Positions 1 to 14,191 of a stretch of 64,000 nucleotides of DNA are shown here, piece after piece. Under the pieces are notes generated by a model. It saw only the letters and a program-made list of their open reading frames with translations, was not told where the DNA came from and did not search any database. Positions within the stretch are counted from its first letter, which is position 1, and each line of letters opens with the position of its first letter. A program made the translations under genes and the position numbers. This DNA comes from Eledone cirrhosa (taxonomy: Eukaryota). The stretch covers positions 158,100,001-158,164,000 of the forward strand of contig OZ024741.1 of NCBI GenBank assembly GCA_964016885.1, written 5' to 3'.

Positions 1-769
1 TTAAATGAAACAAAAAATATTATATACAGAGAATTTATTCATTTAAAAAAAGCTTGGTAAAATTTTTATTAAATTTTATTAAGAGATATGTGTGTGAATA
101 AGATGAACCAAGTTCATGGATGATGAATTTAAATTTATTGGATTTACATATTTCATTGTATACACTAGGTTTTAGGAGCCTCAATTTTTTTTACTTAGTA
201 GGTCTGGAGTTCCGTTGATGTTTTGTTTAAATTGTTCATTTCTTTGAGAAAAAGACAAGCAAAGAAGGAGTTCCAGAGGGCCAACGTTTTAGGAAGAAGG
301 ACTGGGCAAAGCTGTAAGTGTGTGGTCTGGGGGTTGGAAAGGAAATGGGTGAGATGAGAGTGCCCAAGTGGAGGTGACATCAGCGCAGCAAACTCTAAGA
401 AATAGAGACCATTGTAGTAATGTTAAGAGACAGAAAGAGGGGACAGCATGTATGTGGGCTAGAGGCTGGAAAGTGTTAGTTATTTTCATTAACACTTTCA
501 TTATCATATTTCTAATGAGACACTGCCTATGATTTACACATCATTTTGGAAATAAAAAAGATATGGTTTTTCTAGATATGGTCTAGGAAGCTGGTATGAG
601 TAACAACAGCACCATCCTAGATGTGGGAGCTTTACACGATTGTGAGTCTCACTATAGTACTATATGCTATGGATCTACAGATCAGATGGATAGAACCTAT
701 AAATGGATAGTTTTGAGAGTGGATTTGCATGCTAGAAATGGTTGAAGGGCGGCATCATTGTTTTCAAAA

Positions 770-1138
770 CATTTCTCTCACTCGTACAGCATTCTGACTG
801 GGTACTGAAACAACTGCTGGACTGTTTGAACATGAATATGATATATTTTGACTTTGTGAAGGCCTTCAACAAGGTTGATCATGGAATGATATGTTACAAA
901 CTACATAGCTTTGGCATAGCGGGAAAACTAGATGAATGACTGCATGACTTCTTAAAAGACAGAAGACAGACTGTTGCAACCAATGGGGCCCTCTCAAAAG
1001 AAACATCAATAACAAGTGGCATGCCCCAGGGAACTGTCTTGGGGCCATGACTGTCTGTAGTGGCCATGACTGTCTGTAGTGGCTCTCTCAGACATGTCGC
1101 CTGTAATACAGACAGCCTCCCTTACTAGCTATGTTGAT
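770..1138 (+). mobile_element. Degenerate CR1/L2-group LINE reverse transcriptase fragment
   Basis: Reads YFDFVKAFNKVDHG...LHDFLKDRRQTV...SGMPQGTVLGP with stops and ends near a decayed YADDT motif. Contains a 19-bp tandem duplication (ggccatgactgtctgtagt x2). Confidence 0.8.
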
Positions 1139-1150
1139 ACTAGAACTCAT

Positions 1151-2183
1151 CTCTTGTGATGCTAAACTCTGCCAGATGCAGACTGCGCATTAATGTGATA
1201 TCCCTTTACACAAAGTTTGATCACCAGCAGCAGAGTTCAAAGATCAAGTCTAGCCCATGATTTGACATTGTCAAGCCATCGTTTTGGCTGCCGGCCTCTG
1301 TTTCTCTTACCAGCCAAGCTTCCTTCCAGGCATAACCTACTCACACCATGAGTTGATCTTTTTATATGGCTGTATAGTTTGAGTGCTCTTGACAATTGAT
1401 GTAATTGGGCTAAGTTTGGTAATGTTGAGCAGCTCACTGATACAGATACAGTCGCTGAGCTGCTTGCCAGTCATAAGTCTCATATGTGGTACTGGAATGT
1501 AGAGAGCTTTTGAAGTGACCTTGTCGTCCAATTAACACAGTCAAGACCATATAACACAACTGGTTGGATGTAAGTATCAAAGATCTTAGCCTTCAAAAGC
1601 TTTTGACAATGTGAAACTATGCAGCTTGTGGCAACTCTTAAACAAGACCTCAATTAACAAAACATACATCAACCTATTGAAAGAAACTTACACCAACTCA
1701 ACAGCATGTATCAAAACAGACTTGGGAACTACACGGTGTATAGACATCTTGAAGGGAGTTAAGCAGGGGGATGTACTATCAGAACTTCTTCTCTGTATAG
1801 TTATAGCTGCACTTATTTACCAAAGTGAAGAAGAATGCTTCTCTGGCTATCAAATAGGAGGTAAAATCCTATCAAATCTCAGCTATTCAGATGATCTGGC
1901 CATCATGAGTTACTCTAGAACTGATCTGCAAGACTTTCTGAATATATTGGCCAAACATTCGCTGGAGGCTGTCTTACACATCAACATTTACAAAACAAAA
2001 TGTGTGACAACTGATAAAAACAATACCAATCTCTAACTCACGATCTACAACCAGCAAATTGCTCAAGTTACGGAGTTTGTATATCTCGGTCACAAACTAT
2101 CATCAAACAACAATGGAATGGTTACTGCACAATATCGAGTCACTCTATGCTGGGTAACTTTCAACAAGAACAAAGAAGTACTA
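1151..2183 (-). mobile_element. 5'-truncated, 5'-inverted RTE-clade LINE with 12-bp TSD
   Basis: Minus strand 1596-1151 encodes an RTE C-terminus (LKAKIFDTYIQPVVLYG...GKRNRGRQPKRWLDNVK). Plus strand 1596-2183 encodes the preceding RT core (KAFDNV...GVKQGDVLS...YSDD...FNKNKEVL). Direct repeat ACTAGAACTCAT at 1139-1150 and 2184-2195. Confidence 0.8.
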
Positions 2184-2195
2184 ACTAGAACTCAT

Positions 2196-3262
2196 ACTGA
2201 GTATCAAATTTAGAAAGAGAAGCATTCCTTTCTAACAGGATTTAAACAAAAGAATCTGATGGTTAAAGGATTCTAATGTCCACTCTGATAAAACCAGTAA
2301 ACTATACCAAGTTGAGAGGTGTACATACTATCGATTGATACTTAATGCTATTACCAAAGATTATTGGAAAACTGACGAGTGTAATTAATGACAACAATGA
2401 CGTTGGTCTAAAAATCACTTCAGAAATAAAAATCCAGGACTGAACTGAACCCCTGGATTGTGTTACTCCTCATTTTACTCTGAAGGATCATAAACTGAAT
2501 TTTTATCCATTCAGCTCATTAGCATCACTAAGCCTGATTTAGGTAGGCTTAGTAAAAGAATTTTAGATAGAATTATACCTTTAATTATAGATATGATCCC
2601 TTTAGCCTTGTTGAATAATTCTTTTGTGGTGATTGATTTGTTTTAGGGGCATACATAACAAGGAACACTGCTGCTTTATCCAATTCGATAGTAACAACTA
2701 TTATTCTTCCATCACCTTACCATTCCTTCTTAGAGCTATTAATTTCACCAAAATTATTATGGAGATTAAGGATTTTGAAGTTGATGTCATTTTAAATGCT
2801 CGTAAGTCTATGATAAACTTTGATAACTCTATTTGGTTAAAGAATCAAATAGTACCCCCTTTTACGTGACCATGGGAGTCAGTGGTTTGGCAGAGGTCAC
2901 AGAACTTATTGGTCTATTTTTACTATTCTCAATCAAAAATGACTTCCCCAAAGTAGCTGGGGTCTATACCGTGATGTTGGTCTTTTGACTATATGACTAA
3001 GTGTGGACCCCGAACTATTGAATGGTTTAGAAAGGAACTTTTTGCTTTTTTAAAGGTTTCAACGTTTCCACTCGAGTGGACACTAGTCTATCTGTGGCGA
3101 ATTTCCTTGTTGTTGCACTCAATTTTTAAAACAGCCATACTACACATATAGAAAGCTCACTGACACTTTAAACTACATTAATAAATACTCTAACCACCTA
3201 ACCAGCGTAACTAAAAATCTAGTCAAGAACGTCTCATTGAGGCTTTGCCATTTATCAGCTAA
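2196..3262 (+). mobile_element. Degenerate Penelope-like element (RT region), older relative of 39515-42490
   Basis: Colinear with the 39.5-40.6 kb element (IKFRK, SDKT, HFTLKDHK, FIQFD-NNYYSSIT, GLYRD), with many frameshifts. Cut by a SINE at about 3262. Confidence 0.85.
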
Positions 3263-3445
3263 TAGAGTTACGTCCCTTTACATTCTGGGTTCAAATCCTG
3301 CTGAGGTTAGCTTTGCTTTTCATCCTTATAGAGTCGATGAAATAAAGTACCAATAACGCTTTGGGTTGATTTAATCCATTTTCCCCTCACCCCCAAATTG
3401 TTAGCCTTGTGCCTAAATCAGAAATCATCATTATTATTTTTATTG
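3262..3445 (+). mobile_element. tRNA-derived SINE family A, 5'-truncated, variant tail
   Basis: B box GGTTCAAATCC and central block cttttcatccttatagagtcgatgaaataaagtacc shared with other family A copies. Confidence 0.75.
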
Positions 3446-3454
3446 TTTTTAGGA

Positions 3455-3830
3455 GTATAATTAATACCCTCAGTATCTTTGTTTAATCACATTACTTCTA
3501 TTAATTTTCCCATACATGTTAGCAGGAAAATATTCAGCTAATTTAAAAAGAAAATTAGACCCCTTATTTTTTCATTGCAAGAATTTATTCTCCCCTCTTT
3601 ACTTAATAACTTAATTAGATCTTTTATCCTATTTGAACACAATTTGCTGTATCTCTAGTGAACATTTTCACATGTTACCATTGTGTCTTCATTTTTCAAA
3701 GGCAACATTTGCTCATAATTTTTTCAAAATATTTACATGTGTTCATGGATTGATATATCACTTTCAGAAGATCTGGCTTTAGGGTGAAAGTAGAAACTAT
3801 TTGCTTAAACTTTTAATCTTTGCTAATAAT
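3455..3830 (+). mobile_element. Diverged 3' UTR/pseudo-LTR of the Penelope-like element
   Basis: Patchy similarity to 41990-42490, strongest over the terminal hammerhead-like motif. Ends at (TA)n. Confidence 0.6.
3747..3819 (+). ncRNA. Hammerhead-like motif, CAGAAGA-core family (diverged copy)
   Basis: ttt-CAGAAGA-tctggctttagggt-GAAA-gtag aaactat ttgc-TT-aaac. Stem III still pairs although its loop differs from the 42.4 kb copy. Confidence 0.55.
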
Positions 3831-3852
3831 ATATATATAGTGCTTATGTATG

Positions 3853-3891
<39 letters not shown>

Positions 3892-4989
3892 CATTGTCAT
3901 CAACATTTTACAGGACTATATATATACACCCATGTATATAAAAACAATGATGATATATATGAATATATACAGAGAGAGAGAGAGAGATCCTGGAGAAAAA
4001 CATCTGAGCATCACAACAACATTATGATAACCATTTGATCTTTCAACATTTTACCCTTGTTATATATATAGATCTAGATATTTCCGTAAATTTTACACAT
4101 TTCTGGAATTTCCTTGGTGTGATCCAAGCCTCCTGTTAGATATAGATATATTTAACACACACATGTATATTACATATTACACACATATTACACACACACA
4201 CACACACTTATATACAACACAATCCACATATGTAACATGACACACACACACATGCGTGCGTTTTGAATCCTTGAATCAGGGGCAGTTTCAGGCAGTTTGT
4301 TATTACACACTGCTTGAAACTGCCCTTAGTTCTATGATACAAAAATGCTTATTTTAAACTGCTTATATTATTCTAAATAAAAACCCTTTCATCCTAATTT
4401 TATGTAAGGACCTTTGGCTTCAAATGTCACCTTAATCATGAGAAGATTATATTGCTAAATCCCACCAAATTCTTTGTTACTTTCAAAATCATATGTAGTG
4501 CCTTTCATTAGAAATATGATAATGAAAGAGTTATTTAATGACTATTTATTTCATATTCTCTTTACTGATTTAGGTTTGTACAAACCTATTTAGTTCGATG
4601 AGGTGGTGGATGTTAAGAATTCTATGAATACCTTTCCCTTTGGCTGGTCTAAAAGGTTTGGGTCTCCCTGAAATAACATCTTTGCTAATCTATTTTACAT
4701 TTTATTTGCTGCATTAATTATTGACTCATTCATTTTTATATGTGCCTGGGGGATCGATGGTAGTGGTGGTGGTGTGAAGGATTCCTTGTGATCAATAGCC
4801 TAAAAAGTTAATTCCTTCTTGATTTGGTTTGTCCCTTTCGCTACACATACTTATTTTACATTCAGTTTACTGGTTTATTAAGTTTTTGTACATTCCTGGA
4901 GTTGATGAAAGAGGTCAAGGCTTCCATGTAGGGTCCCTGGTGGTCTAAAATATTTTGGGATCACTGCTCTTTTTTAAATTGCTCCATTG

Positions 4990-5335
4990 ATTGATTGAAA
5001 TTCATTAAGATGATCTTCTCCAAATATCGGTTGCTCTCCAACAGGTTTGCGGTCAGGCCCGTGGCAGTGAAGATATCTTGTATCCTTGGCCCTAGGGCCA
5101 CCTCCTACTCATCACCATCGGCACAGAGTTGGCTACCCGCAGGTGTGACCCTCATGAGCTGGAATGGTTGTTCCAGTGCGTCTCCCTTTCTCCAAGGAAA
5201 CGCCTTCTCTATTCTGTCTGCCAGGGTCATGGGGCAGCCAGCGCGTGGGCCCCATTTGCTCTCAATAGTGAGAGATGGGGAGAATGAGAGACGGAAGTGG
5301 TGACAATGGGAGTTTGGTTCCATTGTCTTGAGACC
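4990..5335 (-). pseudogene. GC-rich coding-like remnant, possibly a retroelement ORF1/gag N-terminus
   Basis: ATG-initiated frame MEPNSH...DGDE* continues after one stop (EVALGPRIQDIF...YLEKIILMNF). Composition differs from the flanks. Family not recognised. Confidence 0.3.
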
Positions 5336-5556
5336 TGGTGTATATTTGTGTATATAAGAGAGAATGAGTATCTATTTACAATTTACCAGTTCAATCTGTA
5401 AAACATTCTCAAACCGTCCCATCCAACCCATGCCAAAATGGAAAATTGAATGTAAAAGCGATGATGATATATGCATAAACAAATGAACTTTGTATATATA
5501 TTTATATATATATACATACACACGCACACACATATATGTATTTATATATATATACA

Positions 5557-5900
5557 CCCCCATCCCACTACCCCTATTCCACCCCCACACCTATCAACAC
5601 CACCCCTTTCTCTGTAAAGTTATGTTGATACCACAACATCCAGTCCTAAATAAATGAGGTCGTGTAGGTGTCACAACAAAAAAACACAGTCCACGCTGTA
5701 ATGTGGCCGTGTAGGCAACATGGTAAAAACCTCCCAGTCCACACTGTAAACGTGGTTGGTGTTAGGAAGGGCATCCAGCCATAGAAAACCTGCCAGACAG
5801 TCCCATACGAGCAAGACAACCAATCTGGCCTCAAGTGGGACAATTCCCGTCTAAACCCATGCTAGCATGGAAGATAGACGTTAAATGATGATGATGATGA
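5557..5900 (+). mobile_element. 3' UTR-only copy of the RTE family at 30580-32825
   Basis: Reverse-complement match to 30580-30925, ending in gacgttaaatgatgatgatga. Confidence 0.8.
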
Positions 5901-7588
5901 GGATATATATATATATATATAAATGAAATTATCTATGTGATGTGTGTTTATATATATATATATATATATATGTACTATCGTCATTTTTATGTTCGTTATT
6001 TTTTTTCCATGAAATAAGATTTCTTCTATACATTCAAACTATTCTATACTTAGTCCTTTAGTAGTTTCCTTTGACTTTTCTGTTTCCTTCCCCTGAAGCA
6101 CTTAAGAAATCTATCTATGTGTTTATCTCAGTGTTTTGAACTGACAAATATTTTAGTGAGTGGAAAGTGGATTATATTGAACCTAGTCAGAAGGATGATA
6201 GGCAAAGTTGACCTTGACAGGTTTTGATCTCAGAATGTAAAGAGCCTGAAGGAAATACAGCTAAGCATTTTGTCCAGACTGTAACGATTCTGACAGTCCC
6301 CCACCCGAAGAAAATCAAGGGACATAATACTAATAAAATTAGCTAATCAAAATTTTTTGAAAATTTGGTTGATGCAGTTAAGAGTGGATTTTTGTCTGTA
6401 ACCCTTTAAACACCAATCTACCTAAAACTGTATGCCTGGAACACAATGCCTATACACATACTCATATGTATTCAATCACACACAAACATTTACAGTATGA
6501 CACTGACATACAACATAATGCCTACACATACTTACATATATACGTACAACACACGAGCATATTCATATTCAACACCACTCACAAATACAATGTATTGCCT
6601 ACTAAACACATAGGATATGTTTACACATATTTATATATATATACACGCTAATACAAGATAATTTTCTCACACACACACATTTACAGCATGACACATACAC
6701 ACACACACAACGTTTACACAAATACAACACACACACACACATACAACGCAATGCACACTCATATACAACACAAACACAATGTAATACACTCACGCATATC
6801 ACACAATGCCTACACACACATACTCAGAATCAACAAACCAAATATAGTCTTTGTAAAAAATTAAACAAAATAAAAACTATTGTCCTTGGAAGTATGAATC
6901 CATTTGGGAATTTGTATTTAAATATCAAGTAGTTCTATTTTGGATCAGACAAGAGAGGAACCAATGAACCAGCCTTAAATCACAGAACTTGCTTCTCTCA
7001 TTCAAACTAATTCAACATTCTAGGTTTTACCTACACCAATTCTATTTACATTGGTAAAAACACAGCCAATAGGGGAAATTCTACATGTTAGCTAGAAATA
7101 ACATCCAAATTAAATATCAAATCACCATGTATCATCATCAGCATAGAGCGAGGTAGGACAAGATATTTATTTATATTAAGTGATATTACTCACACATACA
7201 TGAATGTATCAACTGATGAAGTCATAGGGGTGCTGTTGTAATATACTTAGGCACTTTAAAACTGGCGAAGCCCATCCCTTCTCCAGGTCTGAACACAGCT
7301 GATTTCTTTTAGAGGAGGAGTGAGGGAGAAGTGAGAAAGTGATACAGAGGAAGAATCGATCCCAGTACTAGACTGGTACTCTTTTATCGACCTTGAATGG
7401 ATAAAAGGCAAAGTTGACCTTCACTGGATCTGAGTGCAGAGAGCTGGAATGAATACCAACAAGCATTTTATCCGACATTCTAATGACTGTGCCAATTTGT
7501 CTCACTCTACACATGTATAAGTATACATATACCTGATATGATACATTGCAACTTGATTAGAAGTAATTGAGATAAAGCTAGTCATATT

Positions 7589-7627
<39 letters not shown>

Positions 7628-8085
7628 ACATATGTCCTAGAGGCAAATGGAAAAGAGGCAGACTGAAGATCACCTGGTGGCAGAAATTTTAAGATTATCT
7701 GATGGCCATCAACACACCAGGAGTGAATGCAAAAGAGCAGCAGTGAATAGTGTGTATTAGAGAAAGCTACCCAGTACAGGAGAATCCAAAACTAAGACTT
7801 AGACATTGAAAAACAAATTTATATATTAAAACATTATGTACTGACAGTGTTAAAATGCAAATAGATCCTTTATTATTTTCAGGTCACTTTTTGTTTGCAC
7901 TAATTTGTGAAATATCTAATCATCATTATGAGTTTACGCCTATTTTTATACATTGATATAGGAGGGATACATCATAGTGTGTGATTAGCTAGTTACATGT
8001 CAATATAATGAGCATGCTGTTTTGTTGGTTAGACAACTGGAAAACTCATTATATGAATAGTGAAAGTGTGCGGCTTAGTGTTTAA

Positions 8086-8287
8086 CCCTTTAGCATTTAC
8101 ATTACTCTATATATACTATTGTATTATTGTGGTAAAGGCTTTATCTTGCATAATTATCTCACATAATATCGACACCACAAGATTTTCATGTTATTTATTT
8201 TGAGAACAATACCTTAACGTCAGTATGTGTGGGCAATTACTGCTGGTTTGAACAGAAAGAGGTGAGAGAATTCTGGCCAGATATGGG
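8086..8287 (+). mobile_element. piggyBac-type MITE family 1 inserted in a SINE head
   Basis: TTAA|CCCTTTAGCATT...GGG|TTAA. Removing it restores a tRNA A-box region (cggcttagtgtttaaggtc). Confidence 0.75.
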
Positions 8288-9324
8288 TTAAGGTCTTGGG
8301 CTCACAATTATAAGGTCATGAATTCTAGGCTAGGTGGTGAATCATTTTCTTGAGCAAGATACTTCATTTCACATAGCATTTCATGAAGGACTAGGGCTCC
8401 TATCATCAAAACACTTGAGAAATCCTGTGGAGGCCAATAAACCTGCATTGGTGTGAGCTGTGAATTTCATTTCATTTCATTTCATTTCATAGGGCCCCCT
8501 ATCATTTAAACATCTGAGAAACCTCCTATGAAATACAACCTCATAGAAGAACAGTTAAACAGCTGGGGAGTAACTAGGGTATGGCAAGCATGACACGTGC
8601 CATGGGCTTCACATGAAGGGGGCGACACTTGGACTAGGAGTACGTTCTATTAAAGTCAAATAAGCTTCGTCGGAGAGTGAAAAAAGAAACTCCTTCAGAT
8701 ATATGATCTGTCTCTGATTTACGGTGGCTGGATCATTAAACCATTTATATAAATTATTTGGCCCAAATGTAAAAATACAGTGCTGAGCAGGAGTGCAATT
8801 TCACTGCTTCACATAAGCGCTATTTTCCCTAGTTATGCTTCTGTTAAATAGGAATGGATGGGACAGAGGTCCCTCACCAACCTTATTGTTGTGGCATATG
8901 ATAAGTGTAGTTAGACCAAGCAGCGTTAAGGTGTTACATGACAGATGACTATCGTGTTAAATTACTAAAATGCACTTGAGGCCAAACACTAATGTGCCTA
9001 CATACACGTGGTGTAGGTGTCATTATATTGAATGTCCAGCTCGTGAAGACTAAAATTAGATTTAAGCCTTGACAAAGAAATCAATATTATTCTTTAAATA
9101 GATAAATGTAAATAAATTAAAGAATAAATAACTACAGAAGTATGTGGTATTTGTTTATATGTATTTATGTGTATATGTATATATAATTTGTCACTCTCCC
9201 CTACTTTCTCTCACTCTCCCCCTACTTGCTCTCTCTCTCTCTCTCTCTCTCTCTCTTTATATATATATATGTATATATATAGTACACATATCTTGTGTAT
9301 GTATATATGTGTGTATATATATAT

Positions 9325-9660
9325 ATGGCTTAGTGGTTAGAGCATTGGCCTTGCAATCGAAAGGTTGTGAGTTCAATTCTCAGACCGGGTGATGTGTTGT
9401 TTCCTTGAGCAAGACACTTTATTTCACATTGCTCCAGTTTACTCAGCTGTAGAAATGAGATGATAGGGACTCCAGTCCCAATCATTCCACTACAAAGTGG
9501 TCATGGAGGTGCCACGGCAAAAAAGCACCCAGCACTCACTGTAAATGAGGTTGGTGTTAGGAAGGGCATCCAGCTGTAGAAATCAAGCCAGAATCAGTTC
9601 CCGTCCCACCCTTGCAAGCAGGGAAAAAGTGGACGTAAAATGAAATGATGATGAAAATGA
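9325..9660 (+). mobile_element. SINE family B (tRNA head, CORE-like block, RTE-related body and tail)
   Basis: A box TGGCTTAGTGG, B box GAGTTCAATTC, ccttgagcaagacacttt block, ttaggaagggcatccagc block, tail ccttgcaagcagggaaaa...(ATG)n. Near-identical copies at 12.9 and 17.1 kb. Confidence 0.9.
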
Positions 9661-9730
9661 TATATATATATATATATAGTACACATATCTTGTGTATGTA
9701 TATATATATTTATATATAGTACACATATCT

Positions 9731-9786
<56 letters not shown>

Positions 9787-10033
9787 ACAGATCTTGTGTG
9801 TATATATATATATATAGTACACATAGCTTGTGTGTATATATATATATACACACACATATATATATATATAAATATATATATATATTTATACATAAACATA
9901 CACTGAAGTGTATGTATGCTTATACATGTATTCACACTACTGTACATGTCTATACACCCACTCATAAACAAATACGTACATGCTTACATATGCACATGCA
10001 TGCATACATAAATATATAATACATGATAGTCAC

Positions 10034-10149
10034 CTTCATGAACTGAAATTCTTGTTATTCCTCCAAGATTGGTTGGAAATATTTTCTGAAATTCTCCATA
10101 GATTTCTTCTCTATCATTTGGGTTTACATGTATTTCTGGACCGATTTCT
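10034..10149 (-). CDS. Candidate internal coding exon C of an unidentified host gene
   Basis: Poly-T tract + GGTCAG acceptor, GAAG|GTGACT donor, 116 nt, only one open frame (EIGPEIHVNPNDREEIYGEFQKIFPTNLGGITRISVHE), phase 2 to 1. No other copy seen in the window. Confidence 0.65.
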
Positions 10150-10474
10150 CTGACCAAAAAAAAAAAAAAAAAATTAAACAAGCACTCCCACGTGTGTATT
10201 GTATACTAAATTATTATTCATTAGCAGCCATCAAGAATGACAAGAACCTCATAAAAAATAGTATTTTTTTTTTTTATATAAAAACACCCCTAATGTTACC
10301 ATGCACCCAATAGTTTAAAGTGTTTTAATTGTATCCTTAACCCTTCCATTACCATATTTCTAATGAAAGACACTGCCACATGGTTTTCAAATAATTTTGA
10401 AAATAATCGAGAATTTGAGGGAATTATAATAATAATAATGATTTCATTTATTGGCCACAAGGGCCGACTTATAA

Positions 10475-10670
10475 TAATAATTGTTTCTACTTTTGGCACA
10501 AGGTCAGCTATTACCCCAGTGTATTACTGGTACTTTATTTTATCGACCCCGTAAGGATGAAAGGCAAAGTTAACCTCGGCGGGATTTGAACTCAGAATGG
10601 CAAGGGCCATAACTCAATGTGTCATAGCATGGCATCCAACTCTCTACCGATACTGCCAATCCACCGCCCT
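10475..10670 (-). mobile_element. SINE family A, full length
   Basis: Head ggcggtggattggcagtatcggtaga, B box gagttcaaatccc, tail gtagaaacaattatt. Confidence 0.85.
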
Positions 10671-11296
10671 TCAGCTAAGATGACACTGAATAACTGACTA
10701 CTTAGAGCCAGGGGTGTGTTTTCACTGCTCACTTCAGGTGACAAGACTAACAGATGACTGACTGCTGAGGGCCAGAGGTGTGCGCATGTTCCATTTTTTT
10801 TTTTCAATGTTAGCATAGTGACTATGACTTCCATTTTCTGTGACTTTTTTCATGTTTATTTTTTAACCTAGTCCAGTGGTTTCTGGGTTGAAGATGAAAG
10901 GTAAAGTTGACTAAAGATAATATCATCTTCATTATTTAGCATCCATTTACCCTGCTAGCAAAAATTGGATGGGTTTTCACAAAGTCGGTACTTAAGCAGA
11001 GCTACTGTTCTCTCAGGTAGGTTAGGGGTTCACATCTCACATATGTTCTTGCACTCAACTAGGTACATTTAATTGTGGCATCCATACCAGGAAGGCTGTC
11101 ATGTCTTTTGACACAGCTGTGCTTAGTAGGTTTTTTATGATGAGATGCCTTTCCTATCATCAACTCTTCAATATACATACAAAGTATGTATGTATATCAG
11201 TTTTACATTCATTTTTCCTTGCTGGCATGGGTTTGTTGAAACCTTTTGTGGCAGAATGTTACAGCTGCATGACCTCCCTCATGCATAGATACATCT

Positions 11297-11632
11297 GACT
11301 GACTGACTGAGGCACTCCATCGGTTATGATGATGAGTGTTCAGGTTGATCTGATCAACGGAACAGCCTGCTCATGAAATTAATGTGCAAGTGGCTGAGCA
11401 TTCCACAAACACGTCTACCCTTAACGTAGTTGTCAGGGAGGTTCAGCGTGACACAGAATATGACAAGGCTGGCCATTCGAACTACAGGTACAACTCATTT
11501 TTTCCAGCTGAGTGGACTGGAGCAATGTGAAAAATAAAGTGTCTTGCTCAAGGATACAACGCATCACCAGAAATCGAACTCACAACCTTCCGATTCTAAG
11601 CAGGTTGTCTTAACAACAGAGCCACGTGCCAT
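11297..11632 (-). mobile_element. SINE family D (tRNA/CORE-like head, distinct body, (CAGT)n tail)
   Basis: Shares its head block with family B. Body matches 38905-39210. Confidence 0.8.
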
Positions 11633-11819
11633 CACATACTAGCATGCATACATACATACATTTAATCAATTTGTCTGTTTAGAGCTAGTAAGACTAGGAA
11701 AGCTATCTAATAACCCTTATAATTAAGAAGCAAAAACATGAGGCCATGTTTGTAAACAATAACAGCTATAAAACTCTTGAATCTTTTGACAATATATTGC
11801 ACCTCCAATCTTAGTAGTT

Positions 11820-12039
11820 TTTTAGCATTTACATTACTCAATATTTACTATTGTATTTTCACGGTAAAGGCTTTATCTTACACAATTATTTCACATAATA
11901 TTGAATCTACAAGATTTTGAGATTATTTATTTTGAGAACAATACCTTAACATAACTCTGAGCAGCCGGTTATGGGTGGTTTTGAAAACAAAGAGGTGAGA
12001 GAATTCTGGCCGGATATGGCAAGTTTAAATGCTAAAGGG
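11820..12039 (+). mobile_element. piggyBac-type MITE family 1 (left end damaged)
   Basis: Body matches other copies. Ends aatgctaaaGGG|TTAA. Confidence 0.8.
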
Positions 12040-12179
12040 TTAAAGACCAACTTCAAGATGTCCAATCTCTCAGAATGTTAGATTTTACATTGGAAAAATA
12101 GTGCCGTAGAGTTTCTGGATAGTTTCCACAAGAACATGGAGGTGATCCTCTATGACCTATTCTTAATATAGTCATGCAT

Positions 12180-14148
<1,969 letters not shown>

Positions 14149-14156
14149 CCACATAC

Positions 14157-14191
14157 CTGCACACACAGCTCAGTGAAAGTGTGTCAAGCAC
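14157..14191 (-). CDS. Candidate 35-nt coding exon B of the host gene
   Basis: ttccCTAATtcagtttaCAG acceptor, CAG|GTATGT donor. Encodes [11 protein letters not shown](R), phase 0 to 2, which bridges exons A and C in frame. Confidence 0.6.

Noticed and set aside
3470-3537. Possible phase-1 downstream exon (AEYFPANMYGK...) with a good acceptor on the minus strand
   Set aside because: Lies in sequence that aligns with the PLE 3' UTR (about 41990-42080), so it is probably a chance splice signal.
4633-4668. Possible 36-nt phase 1-1 exon on the minus strand
   Set aside because: A similar motif recurs at about 4940-4967 and resembles a DNA-transposon end.
7660-7692. CTGAAGA...GAAA hammerhead-like match
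   Set aside because: No stem I or stem III. It lies in a decayed RTE C-terminal coding remnant.
9325-9395. tRNA genes at SINE heads
   Set aside because: A and B boxes are present but there is no complete cloverleaf, and each runs straight into a SINE body.
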